DNA from: a virus
Lineage: Duplodnaviria > Heunggongvirae > Uroviricota > Caudoviricetes
IMG/VR virus record: IMGVR_UViG_2548876945_000010
Span: 1-12,708 of that record
Length of the DNA: 12,708 bases
Strand: one strand, 5' to 3'
Under the pieces are notes generated by a model. It saw only the letters and a program-made list of their open reading frames with translations, was not told the DNA's origin and made no database searches. Each line of letters begins with the position of its first letter. The first letter of the stretch is position 1. Made by a program: the position numbers and the translations under genes. Shown here piece by piece: positions 1-7,215 of this stretch.

Positions 1-996
1 TTATGGACGCATTATGGACATTCCTGACACCGGGTTAAGAGTCACAGCATCTTGTAAGAAATCCGGTGCAAAGTGTGCGTAGGTCATAGTTTGCTGAATG
101 TTAGAATGACCCAGGATGCGCTGCAATGTGATTATGTTACCTCCATTCATTATAAAATGTGTGGCAAATGTATGCCTCAAAACATGTACTGCTTGTCCGT
201 CAGGTAAATCGGGTTTTACTTCCCTGAGAGCGTTACGCACTTTGTAGTAACTGGCATTAAAAAGCCTGCCTGAATTTTTGGTCTTGATCCGTTTAATCAG
301 GTCCTGCGAAACGGGAATTGTCCTGCGTTTTCCGTTTTTAGTTTTCATAAACGTAACCATCTGGTTAATGATGTGTTCAGCTTTTAAATTAGACACTTCA
401 CTCCAGCGTCCACCAGTAGAAAGGCAGACCAGAGTTGCATTTAATTCATCACCATCAAGCATGGATAACAGCCGCGTAATCTCTTCACTGGACAAAAAAG
501 CCATTTCCGTAACAGCTTCACGTAACCGTTTAATCTCACGGAACGGGTTGTGGGAGTGGTATTCACCGGCGTCAATTAACTTGGTGAACATCCCGCTCAT
601 TATTGCCAGATGTCGATTTACGCTGGCTGGTTTTAGACCATCGTTCATCATTACAACGCGATAATCAGTTATCGTTTTCTTTGTTAGCTGGTCAGCTCTG
701 GACACTCCCATTTCTGCAAATTTGGCGATTATTGTCGTTAAACGCCCCCGTTCAATATCTCCACGCTCATGTGATTTTCCGTGATATATCCACCATCTAC
801 CTAACAACTCTGTAAGAGTTCGGCGGTCGGCTGGTTTCTCCAACCACTCTTTGTTGTGGTAGTTAACCAATACATGACGTTCGAATGCCTGAGCTTCACC
901 TTTAGTTTTAAATTTCCGCCTGATACGTTTTCCATCTGCACCCTGCGGTCTGACGTCCACTTCATAACGACCATCATCGAGCTTTTTAATAGACAT
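1..996 (-). CDS. int: tyrosine site-specific integrase (P2 Int-like)
   Basis: 331-aa ORF, ATG at 996..994, stop at 3..1. N-terminus MSIKKLDDGRYEVDVRP resembles P2-family integrases; C-terminal HVLRHTFATH ... LGHSNIQQTMTYAHF carries the His-x-x-Arg and catalytic Tyr motifs of tyrosine recombinases. GGAGGG Shine-Dalgarno lies upstream on the minus strand. Confidence 0.9.
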   Translation of the reverse strand: MSIKKLDDGRYEVDVRPQGADGKRIRRKFKTKGEAQAFERHVLVNYHNKEWLEKPADRRTLTELLGRWWIYHGKSHERGDIERGRLTTIIAKFAEMGVSRADQLTKKTITDYRVVMMNDGLKPASVNRHLAIMSGMFTKLIDAGEYHSHNPFREIKRLREAVTEMAFLSSEEITRLLSMLDGDELNATLVCLSTGGRWSEVSNLKAEHIINQMVTFMKTKNGKRRTIPVSQDLIKRIKTKNSGRLFNASYYKVRNALREVKPDLPDGQAVHVLRHTFATHFIMNGGNIITLQRILGHSNIQQTMTYAHFAPDFLQDAVTLNPVSGMSIMRP

Positions 997-1089
997 AAAG
1001 CCCTCCGATGACGCTGTTTACTTCTACTACTTGAAAATTAATGCAATTTTCTTTCGTACATTTACTACACACATATGCTGAATAAATCG

Positions 1090-1389
1090 TCAGCCAGTCT
1101 TCTGGTCTGAGTGGTGCAAGGTTGTTGAGTCTTGCCCAATGTGTGCGAGAGCCGGGGCTATTTGTCCAGCTGCTGGATCTGTTTCATCAAACATGAACCA
1201 GTCACGATACTTGCGAAAGCGTGGATGCTTAAACAGCTTCATACCTGCTTCCATAGGCATTTTTGATTTTCCTGATTCATATCCATGATATGTGTAGTAA
1301 TTAATTCCAATTAATTCAGCAAGTTCCTTAGTTTTAAGGCGTTCGGATTCACGGATGAGCTTTAGTTTCTCACTTTGTTCACTTGACAT
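1090..1389 (-). CDS. C: immunity repressor (P2 C-like)
   Basis: The ORF track starts at a TTG (1407); the in-frame ATG at 1389 gives 99 aa (MSSEQSEKLKLIRESERLKTKELAELIG...GQIAPALAHIGQ...HSDQKTG). Length and C-terminal GQIAPALAH..GQ....HSGQKTG pattern match my recollection of P2 C; it has an N-terminal HTH-like segment and a TATAAT/GGAG upstream. Confidence 0.8.
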   Translation of the reverse strand: MSSEQSEKLKLIRESERLKTKELAELIGINYYTYHGYESGKSKMPMEAGMKLFKHPRFRKYRDWFMFDETDPAAGQIAPALAHIGQDSTTLHHSDQKTG

Positions 1390-1497
1390 AATTTTGCTAA
1401 TCTCCAATTATATTGCTACTTGGCAATTTGTGATTCACTCAAAAAGGCTCTAGATGGCTCCAGTTGGTGAATCGCAAATCTTATGGAGGATAGCAAA
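1390..1497. promoter_or_regulatory. early genetic switch region between divergent C and cox (expected Pe/Pc promoters and C operators)
   Basis: About 100-bp AT-rich spacer between divergent repressor and cox ORFs. A perfect TATAAT reads on the minus strand at 1412..1407 upstream of the C start; on the plus strand TTGCTA (1394..1399) and TACTTG (1417..1422) are 17 bp apart. Operators were not identified with confidence. Confidence 0.4.
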
Positions 1498-1854
1498 GTG
1501 ACGACAAATGTAGAAATTTCTTGTCCAACTAGCGATGAGGCAAGTTTCGAAAATGAAGCCAAACGTAAAAGCATTCAGATTTCAGAGCGCCCATCTGATT
1601 TGCTGTCGAAAGAAGGTTTTGCTCTTTACATCGGTAAGACACCACGCGCGGTGGCTGAAATGGCTAAAGCAGGAAAGCTGCCAGCCTTCTACATGACAGA
1701 CCCATTAAAACCAAGAGGGAAAGCTGAATTATGGATTAATCGCCGTGAGTGGGACAAGTACGCAGCCCAACTGGTTGATGAAGCTCCGACAGAATGGCAT
1801 GACTGGAAAAATCGCATTAGTTACAGCAAATCAAGACATGGCCGTGCGGCTTAA
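1498..1854 (+). CDS. cox: Cox-like excisionase/transcriptional regulator with N-terminal extension
   Basis: Core FALYIGKTPRAVAEMAKAGKLPAFYMTDP resembles the P2 Cox HTH region (..GKLPVIDMTDP..). The ORF track starts at ATG 1483, but GGAGGA at 1485..1490 sits 7 nt before an in-frame GTG at 1498, so I call 1498 as start; 1483 remains possible. Confidence 0.6.
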   Translation: MTTNVEISCPTSDEASFENEAKRKSIQISERPSDLLSKEGFALYIGKTPRAVAEMAKAGKLPAFYMTDPLKPRGKAELWINRREWDKYAAQLVDEAPTEWHDWKNRISYSKSRHGRAA

Positions 1855-1864
1855 GGTGGAAAGG

Positions 1865-2035
1865 ATGAACGAGCCTCGTTGTATTGCTCAGTTATTGCGT
1901 AACGAAAGCCCCAGGGCGATTGACTTCACCATCACCCACGGTAAGGGGCGTAAGGGAATCATTATCCGCACCAAAAAACAGAGTCCGTTAAAAAAGGCTC
2001 TGACCTTTCTGAAAAGCCGGAGGGTATGGAAATGA
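1865..2035 (+). CDS. small hypothetical early protein (position of P2 orf78)
   Basis: ATG at 1865 preceded by AAGGTGGAAAGG, 56 aa; its stop TGA (2033..2035) overlaps the ATG at 2032 of the next gene (ATGA coupling). Call is positional only. Confidence 0.35.
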   Translation: MNEPRCIAQLLRNESPRAIDFTITHGKGRKGIIIRTKKQSPLKKALTFLKSRRVWK

Positions 2036-2532
2036 CAGTGATGACGCTCAATCTCGTTGAAAAACAGCCAGCAGCTATGCGCCGGATAATTGGCAAGCAT
2101 CTTGCCGTCCCTCGCTGGCAGGATACATGTGATTATTATAATCAGATGATGGAGCGCGAACGGCTAACGGTTTGCTTTCATGCACAGTTAAAACAGCGTC
2201 ACGCAACGATGCGTTTTGAAGAAATGAACGACGTCGAACGTGAACGACTGGTATGTGCAATTGATGAATTGCGTGGGGCATTCTCAAAACGCCGTCAGGT
2301 CGGTGCAAGTGAGTATGCATATATTAGCTTTTTAACTGTCAGTCAGCGCCGTACTTTATTTATGCATGCCGGATTGACTGAAAAAGAATTCAACCAGCCA
2401 TACTGGCGAATTAATGAAGAATCATGTTACTGGCGTGATGCCTTATTCCGTGCATTACGTGAATTATTCAGCCTGTTTGAGTATGCACCGACAATTCTGA
2501 CGTCGGTAAAACCAGAGCAATATCTGCATTAA
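2032..2532 (+). CDS. P2 gpB-like early replication protein (putative)
   Basis: About 166-aa ORF in the position and of the size of P2 B; GGAGGG lies 8 nt upstream of ATG 2032 (track start 2026 is too close to the SD). Function assigned by synteny and length only. Confidence 0.5.
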   Translation: MTVMTLNLVEKQPAAMRRIIGKHLAVPRWQDTCDYYNQMMERERLTVCFHAQLKQRHATMRFEEMNDVERERLVCAIDELRGAFSKRRQVGASEYAYISFLTVSQRRTLFMHAGLTEKEFNQPYWRINEESCYWRDALFRALRELFSLFEYAPTILTSVKPEQYLH

Positions 2533-2595
2533 GTAATTAACCAGAGTTTTTAACGCACTTAATTGTGCGGGGCTTCTTTTTGCCTGGAGAAAGTC

Positions 2596-2820
2596 ATGCA
2601 TACAGTTTCTGAAAATCAGTGCGGTAAATACGCATTACTGCTGCAACAGGCCAGAACCGAAGCACAGGCCGACGCAGCAACGCGCTTTTCTTCTCATCTT
2701 GACGCCATGATTCGCCACATCACAAAGGCGGAGTTATCCCGCGTAGAGATAGTCGAGCTGCTCAGTCAGGAGTCGGAAAAATTTCACAATATCGGATTGT
2801 CTCGCGGGGAGGTGCTTTGA
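2596..2820 (+). CDS. hypothetical early protein (position of P2 orf80)
   Basis: Track start 2563 is a TTG; ATG at 2596 is preceded by GGAGAAA. 74 aa, no recognisable motif. Confidence 0.5.
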   Translation: MHTVSENQCGKYALLLQQARTEAQADAATRFSSHLDAMIRHITKAELSRVEIVELLSQESEKFHNIGLSRGEVL

Positions 2821-3122
2821 TGTCCTGTTCTCGTTCAGTTGTATTACTGAATAACGCCTTAAAAATCACCGTTATGAAAAATGGCGATCTATCTCTTATT
2901 CAACTTGGTCTTGATAAAGAAAAACGCGAAATAACTGAGTCTGTTATCGCGATTTATCAGAACGAATTAAATCTCCTGTCTGATGTGGTCAATTTACTTG
3001 TTAAACGCGCTGTATTTCACAAGCAAATCTCCTCCGTGGATGAACTGACGAAATTAACGACAGAAATTGCCAGCTATTGCGCTGATGAATTTAAAAAACT
3101 TAACGACAAAAGGAGCTGGTAA
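2820..3122 (+). CDS. hypothetical early protein (position of P2 orf81)
   Basis: ATG 2820 overlaps the preceding stop (TGATG) with GAGGTG upstream; 100 aa; stop overlaps the next start (TAATG). Confidence 0.5.
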   Translation: MSCSRSVVLLNNALKITVMKNGDLSLIQLGLDKEKREITESVIAIYQNELNLLSDVVNLLVKRAVFHKQISSVDELTKLTTEIASYCADEFKKLNDKRSW

Positions 3123-3346
3123 TGCCGGACAACGTAGATTTTATTCAGGAACAACAGGCTGAATTACTGGAGCGTCAGATTAACGCGGCAAGGGTAAAAC
3201 ATTGCGGTGCTTCTGCGCTGGTTTGCGAAGAGTGTGACGCGCCAATACCTGCTGCCCGTCGTGCGGCTTATCCGTCAGCCACGCGTTGTGTTTCCTGCCA
3301 GTCAGTCTTTGAAGCAAAAAACAAGCATTACCGGAGAATGGCATGA
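3122..3346 (+). CDS. TraR/DksA-family C4 zinc-finger protein (position of P2 orf82)
   Basis: 74 aa with CxxC-(17)-CxxC (VCEECDAPIPAARRAAYPSATRCVSC) after a helical N-terminus, typical of the phage TraR/DksA zinc-finger family; AGGAG SD upstream. Confidence 0.75.
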   Translation: MPDNVDFIQEQQAELLERQINAARVKHCGASALVCEECDAPIPAARRAAYPSATRCVSCQSVFEAKNKHYRRMA

Positions 3347-3618
3347 GTATTCGTATCGAAATTGGCGAACGTTATGTCGTTACCAGTGACAGCTTTCAGT
3401 TTATTCTCCACGAGAAAAAGAGAGCGGAAAGCGGTAAAAACGCCGGTCAGGAATGGCTGGCGGTGGTTGGTTATTACCCGAAATTAAGCCAGCTCGTTTC
3501 CGGCCTGATGCATCACGATATTCTGACCGGAAGCGCAAAGTCTTTTGCTGATTTAAACGCGCAGGTTGAGCAACTCAGCAGGCGTTGTTCAGAGGCTTTT
3601 GGCTCATATGGCCGTTAA
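3343..3618 (+). CDS. hypothetical early protein (position of P2 orf83)
   Basis: ATG 3343 overlaps the previous stop (ATGA); 91 aa; 3' end overlaps the start of gene A. Confidence 0.5.
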   Translation: MSIRIEIGERYVVTSDSFQFILHEKKRAESGKNAGQEWLAVVGYYPKLSQLVSGLMHHDILTGSAKSFADLNAQVEQLSRRCSEAFGSYGR

Positions 3619-5779
3619 AGCCTCCGGGCGTTTTGTCCCTCCGTCAGCATTTGCCGCAGGCACCGGTAAGACGTTTGCCGGTGCTTATGCATGGAACGCG
3701 CCACGCGAGGCTGTCGGGCGCGAAAGACCCCTTACACGTGATGAGATGCGTCAGGTGCAAGGTGTTTTATCCACGATTAACCGCCTGCCTTACTTTTTGC
3801 GCTCGCTGTTTACTTCACGCTATGACTACATCCGGCGCAATAAAAGCCCGGTACACGGGTTTTATTTCCTCACATCCACTTTTCAGCGTCGTTTATGGCC
3901 GCGCATTGAGCGCGTGAATCAGCGCCATGAAATGAACACCGACGCGTCGTTGCTGTTTCTGGCAGAGCGCGACCAGTATGCGCGCCTGCCGGGGATGAAT
4001 GACAAGGAGCTGAAAAAGTTTGCCGCCCGTATCTCATCACAGCTTTTCATGATGTATGAGGAACTCTGCGATGCCTGGGTGGATGCGCATGGCGAGAAAG
4101 AATCGCTGTTTACGGATGATGCGCAGGCTCACCTCTATGGTCATGTTGCTGGCGCTGCACGTGCTTTCAATATTTCCCCGCTTTACTGGAAAAAATACCG
4201 TAAAGGACAGATGACCACGAGGCAGGCATATTCTGCAATTGCTCGTCTGTTTAACGATGAGTGGTGGACTCATCAGCTTAAAGGCCAGCGTATGCGCTGG
4301 CATGAAGCGTTACTGATAGCTGTCGGGGAGGTCAATAAAGACCGTTCTCCTTATGCCAGTAAACACGCCATTCGTGATGTGCGTGCGCGCCGCCAGGCAA
4401 ATCTGGAATTTCTTAAATCGTGTGACCTTGAAAACAGGGAAACCGGCGAGCGCATCGACCTTATCAGTAAGGTGATGGGCAGTATTTCTAATCCTGAAAT
4501 TCGCCGGATGGAGCTGATGAACACCATTGCCGGTATTGAGCGTTACGCCGCCGCAGAGGGTGATGTGGGGATGTTTATCACGCTGACCGCGCCGTCAAAG
4601 TATCACCCGACACGTCAGGTCAGAAAAGGCGAAAGTAAAACCGTTCAGCTTAATCACGGCTGGAACGATGAGGCATTTAATCCAAAGGATGCGCAGCGTT
4701 ATCTCTGCCGCATCTGGAGCCTGATGCGCACGGCATTCAAGGATAATGATTTACAGGTCTACGGTTTGCGTGTCGTCGAGCCACACCACGACGGAACGCC
4801 GCACTGGCATATGATGCTTTTTTGTAATCCACGCCAGCGTAACCAGATTATTGAAATCATGCGTCGCTACGCGCTCAAAGAGGATGGCGACGAAAGAGGA
4901 GCTGCGCGAAACCGTTTTCAGGCAAAACACCTTAACCGGGGCGGTGCTGCGGGGTATATCGCAAAATACATCTCAAAAAACATCGATGGCTATGCACTGG
5001 ATGGTCAGCTCGATAATGATACCGGCAGGCCGCTGAAAGATACTGCTGCGGCTGTTACCGCATGGGCGTCAACGTGGCGAATTCCGCAATTTAAAACGAT
5101 TGGCCTGCCGACAATGGGGGCTTACCGTGAACTACGCAAATTGCCTCGCGGCGTCAGTATTGCTGATGAGTTTGACGAACGCGTCGAGGCTGCTCGCGCT
5201 GCCGCAGACAGTGGTGATTTTGCGTTGTATATCAGCGCGCAGGGTGGGGCAAATGTCCCGCGCGATTGTCAGACTGTCAGGGTTGCCCGTAGCCCGTCGG
5301 ATGACGTTAACGAGTACGAGGAAGAAGTCGAGAGAGTGGTCGGCATTTACGCGCCGCATCTCGGCGCGCGTCATATTCATATCACCAGAACGACGGACTG
5401 GCGCATTGTGCCGAAAGTTCCGGTCGTTGAGCCTTTGACTTTAAAAAGCGGCATCGCCGCGCCTCGGAGTCCTGTCAATAACTGTGGAAAGTTCACCGGC
5501 GGTGACGTTCCGGTTATGCACCCTACACCGTCTGAGCATGCCGCAGCGGTGTTAAATCTGGTTGATAGTGGTGTTATCGGATGGGATGACCCGGAAGTTG
5601 TGACGGTGCTCAGGAGTGCATTAAAACATGGTGCACCGAGACCGAATTGGCAACAAAGAAACTGCGAACCATTAAAACCGTACCAGATAGCGCCATCAGG
5701 GCGGATGACAAAGGCTGAACGTTCGCAGATTCCACGCATCCATTTCGAGCTGGCACTAATTGGTAAAACCTATCAATAG
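3608..5779 (+). CDS. A: rolling-circle replication initiator endonuclease (P2 gpA-like, HUH superfamily)
   Basis: Large ORF; I place the start at ATG 3608 (MAVKASGRFVPP..., as I recall P2 A) rather than the track ATG 3566. It has an HUH-like motif PHWHMMLF (His codons 4802..4810) and the paired-tyrosine motif GYIAKYISK (Tyr codons 4955..4957 and 4967..4969), similar to phiX174 gpA YxxKY. Confidence 0.85.
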   Translation: MAVKASGRFVPPSAFAAGTGKTFAGAYAWNAPREAVGRERPLTRDEMRQVQGVLSTINRLPYFLRSLFTSRYDYIRRNKSPVHGFYFLTSTFQRRLWPRIERVNQRHEMNTDASLLFLAERDQYARLPGMNDKELKKFAARISSQLFMMYEELCDAWVDAHGEKESLFTDDAQAHLYGHVAGAARAFNISPLYWKKYRKGQMTTRQAYSAIARLFNDEWWTHQLKGQRMRWHEALLIAVGEVNKDRSPYASKHAIRDVRARRQANLEFLKSCDLENRETGERIDLISKVMGSISNPEIRRMELMNTIAGIERYAAAEGDVGMFITLTAPSKYHPTRQVRKGESKTVQLNHGWNDEAFNPKDAQRYLCRIWSLMRTAFKDNDLQVYGLRVVEPHHDGTPHWHMMLFCNPRQRNQIIEIMRRYALKEDGDERGAARNRFQAKHLNRGGAAGYIAKYISKNIDGYALDGQLDNDTGRPLKDTAAAVTAWASTWRIPQFKTIGLPTMGAYRELRKLPRGVSIADEFDERVEAARAAADSGDFALYISAQGGANVPRDCQTVRVARSPSDDVNEYEEEVERVVGIYAPHLGARHIHITRTTDWRIVPKVPVVEPLTLKSGIAAPRSPVNNCGKFTGGDVPVMHPTPSEHAAAVLNLVDSGVIGWDDPEVVTVLRSALKHGAPRPNWQQRNCEPLKPYQIAPSGRMTKAERSQIPRIHFELALIGKTYQ

Positions 5780-5882
5780 TGATTTAATGAAATTTCGGAG
5801 TCATAAATATTGTGTATTTAACTAGATGATTGCAATATAAGTGCTTATTATTTATGCGATTATAGCCATAACGGAGCTGAGT

Positions 5883-6812
5883 ATGAGTGTTGCAAGGCAT
5901 CATCATTTTTTATCCCAATGTTATTTGAAAGGGTTTACAAGTAATGGGGGGAAAAAATCAAAATTAACTGTAATAGATTTAAAGGAGCGCAAAACCTTTG
6001 AGAGTAATACTCGCAATGTCGGGGGGGTTAGAGATTTCAACCGATTAGAATTGGATGGAGTTGACCCAAACTATCTCGAGAGTTCTCTTGCAGAGTTTGA
6101 AGGCAGTGTCGCTACTCATTTAAGAAAACTTGAGGAGGGGGGCGAGTTTTCAGGCGAAACCAAAGATGTTATTCTGGAGTTTATTTCCTTATTGGCAATA
6201 CGTACGCCTGCTCAGCGAGAACATTTATCATCTCCATTGAAACAAATAGCAAAGTTTATCATGAAATCCTCAGTTAGTTCGGCTGAGCGTTGGGACGATT
6301 GCAAATTAGCTTATGAGAAAGAAATGGGTGAGTCTTTGCCATATGATCTCGCTTACGAAAAAATTAAAAATTTTGTGGATGGGGATAATTTCGAAATCAA
6401 TGTAATCAGAGAGTTCATGATAGATATGGAAATGAAATGTGTACCTGTTATCACCAAGTTGTTGCATCAACGCAACTGGTCTCTTATGACCATATCTGAT
6501 GGGCAAGGGTCATTTATAACTTCAGATAACCCAGTTTGCTTAATGTGGACTAATCCTGAATTAGCACGAGGCCCTTATTCCCCCGGGTTTGGTGTAAAAG
6601 ACACTTTAGTTTTGTTCCCAGTATCAAAAAACCTTCTTTTGGCGGGCGAGTTTGATGGTCATGAGGGTGTATTCAGTTGTAATGAGGAGCAGGCTGCGGT
6701 CTTCAATACTTCAGTCATTCGGCATACCGCAGAAAGAATATTTTCATCTAATGATAATTTCAAATTTTTAGACTCATCTAAAAAAATGAAGCAAGGCAAA
6801 AGCCTGGTTTGA
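5883..6812 (+). CDS. AT-rich cargo gene at the P2 tin/old hotspot; DUF4238-like candidate anti-phage defence protein
   Basis: 309-aa ORF from ATG 5883 (GGAG upstream; the track GTG at 5841 is less likely). N-terminus MSVARHHHFLSQCYLKGF fits the HHxxxQxYLKxF signature I associate with DUF4238. Strongly AT-rich unlike the flanking phage genes, and located between the A stop and cos. Confidence 0.65.
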   Translation: MSVARHHHFLSQCYLKGFTSNGGKKSKLTVIDLKERKTFESNTRNVGGVRDFNRLELDGVDPNYLESSLAEFEGSVATHLRKLEEGGEFSGETKDVILEFISLLAIRTPAQREHLSSPLKQIAKFIMKSSVSSAERWDDCKLAYEKEMGESLPYDLAYEKIKNFVDGDNFEINVIREFMIDMEMKCVPVITKLLHQRNWSLMTISDGQGSFITSDNPVCLMWTNPELARGPYSPGFGVKDTLVLFPVSKNLLLAGEFDGHEGVFSCNEEQAAVFNTSVIRHTAERIFSSNDNFKFLDSSKKMKQGKSLV

Positions 6813-6949
6813 TAGCGGTTTTTCTATGATTTTACTAGGAGAATTCTACCCTTAATCAGTGTGTTTAAAATGATTAATTGTCATAACATTTTTTCATTTT
6901 TAGGTGTGCCTAGAAATGCATTCAATTGCATGCGTTTTCCTCCCCTGTT

Positions 6950-7093
6950 GCGTCTGAGCGCCACCAGTGCCGGCGCGCCTCCGGTGTATTCGTGCACCTG
7001 CATTAAAACCGACCCATAAAGCGGGCAGGCGAGGCGGGGAAAGCACTGCGCGCTGGCGGTGGTGCTGATTTTATTTTTTCAGCGTCTGAGCGC
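6950..7093. repeat. 12-bp direct repeat GCGTCTGAGCGC flanking cos (6950..6961 and 7082..7093)
   Basis: Exact 12-bp copies lie 67 bp upstream and 36 bp downstream of the cohesive-end sequence; possible terminase recognition elements. Confidence 0.4.
7028..7046. other. cos: cos cohesive-end site (P2-type 19-nt GGCGAGGCGGGGAAAGCAC)
   Basis: Exact match to the P2 19-nt cohesive end as I recall it, in the expected place about 170 bp from the 3' end of portal gene Q. Confidence 0.75.
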
Positions 7094-7188
7094 GTCGTGG
7101 CGGCGTTTAGATTTTGCGCCGGGGCGTTGCTGTGTCTGCGGGCTGTTTTGTGCGGTGGTGAGCGTGTGAGGGCGTGATGACTGGGTGT

Positions 7189-7210
7189 AAAAAAGCCGCC
7201 CGCAGGCGGC
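7189..7210 (-). terminator. intrinsic terminator downstream of Q (end of leftward P-Q operon)
   Basis: On the minus strand: GCCGCC-TGCG-GGCGGC hairpin (7210..7195) followed by TTTTTT (7194..7189), starting 5 nt after the Q stop codon. Confidence 0.6.
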
Positions 7211-7215
7211 GATGT

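Noticed and set aside
278-815. Plus-strand ORFs 278..664 and 603..815 inside the integrase gene
   Set aside because: They lie wholly inside the well-supported minus-strand int ORF, have no recognisable motifs or SD, and look like antisense frame artefacts.
1745-2100. Long form of ORF 1745..2035 overlapping cox, and minus-strand ORF 1888..2100
   Set aside because: The 1745 start lies inside cox in another frame; only the part from ATG 1865, which has an SD and follows the cox stop, is retained as a low-confidence gene. The minus-strand ORF is antisense to it and to the B-like gene.
3207-3917. ORFs 3207..3389 (+) and 3585..3917 (+)
   Set aside because: Off-frame overlaps of the zinc-finger gene and gene A respectively.
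4037-5739. Minus-strand ORFs 4037..4303, 5132..5380 and 5377..5739, and plus-strand alternative-frame ORFs 4851..5036 and 5100..5438, inside gene A
   Set aside because: Antisense or off-frame to a long ORF with clear RCR-initiator motifs; no start context or homology signal.
5841-5882. GTG start at 5841 giving a 14-codon N-terminal extension (MLIIYAIIAITELS) on the cargo protein
   Set aside because: No SD precedes it and the stretch is part of the AT-rich promoter-like region; the ATG at 5883 with an upstream GGAG is more plausible.
6306-6506. Minus-strand ORF 6306..6506 inside the cargo gene
   Set aside because: Antisense to the cargo ORF in AT-rich sequence where stop-free stretches arise by chance; no start signal.
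6915-6940. Weak hairpin ATGCA-ttcaat-TGCAT followed by GCGTTTT downstream of the cargo gene
   Set aside because: Stem is only 5 bp and AT-rich, and the T-run is separated from it; too weak to call a terminator.
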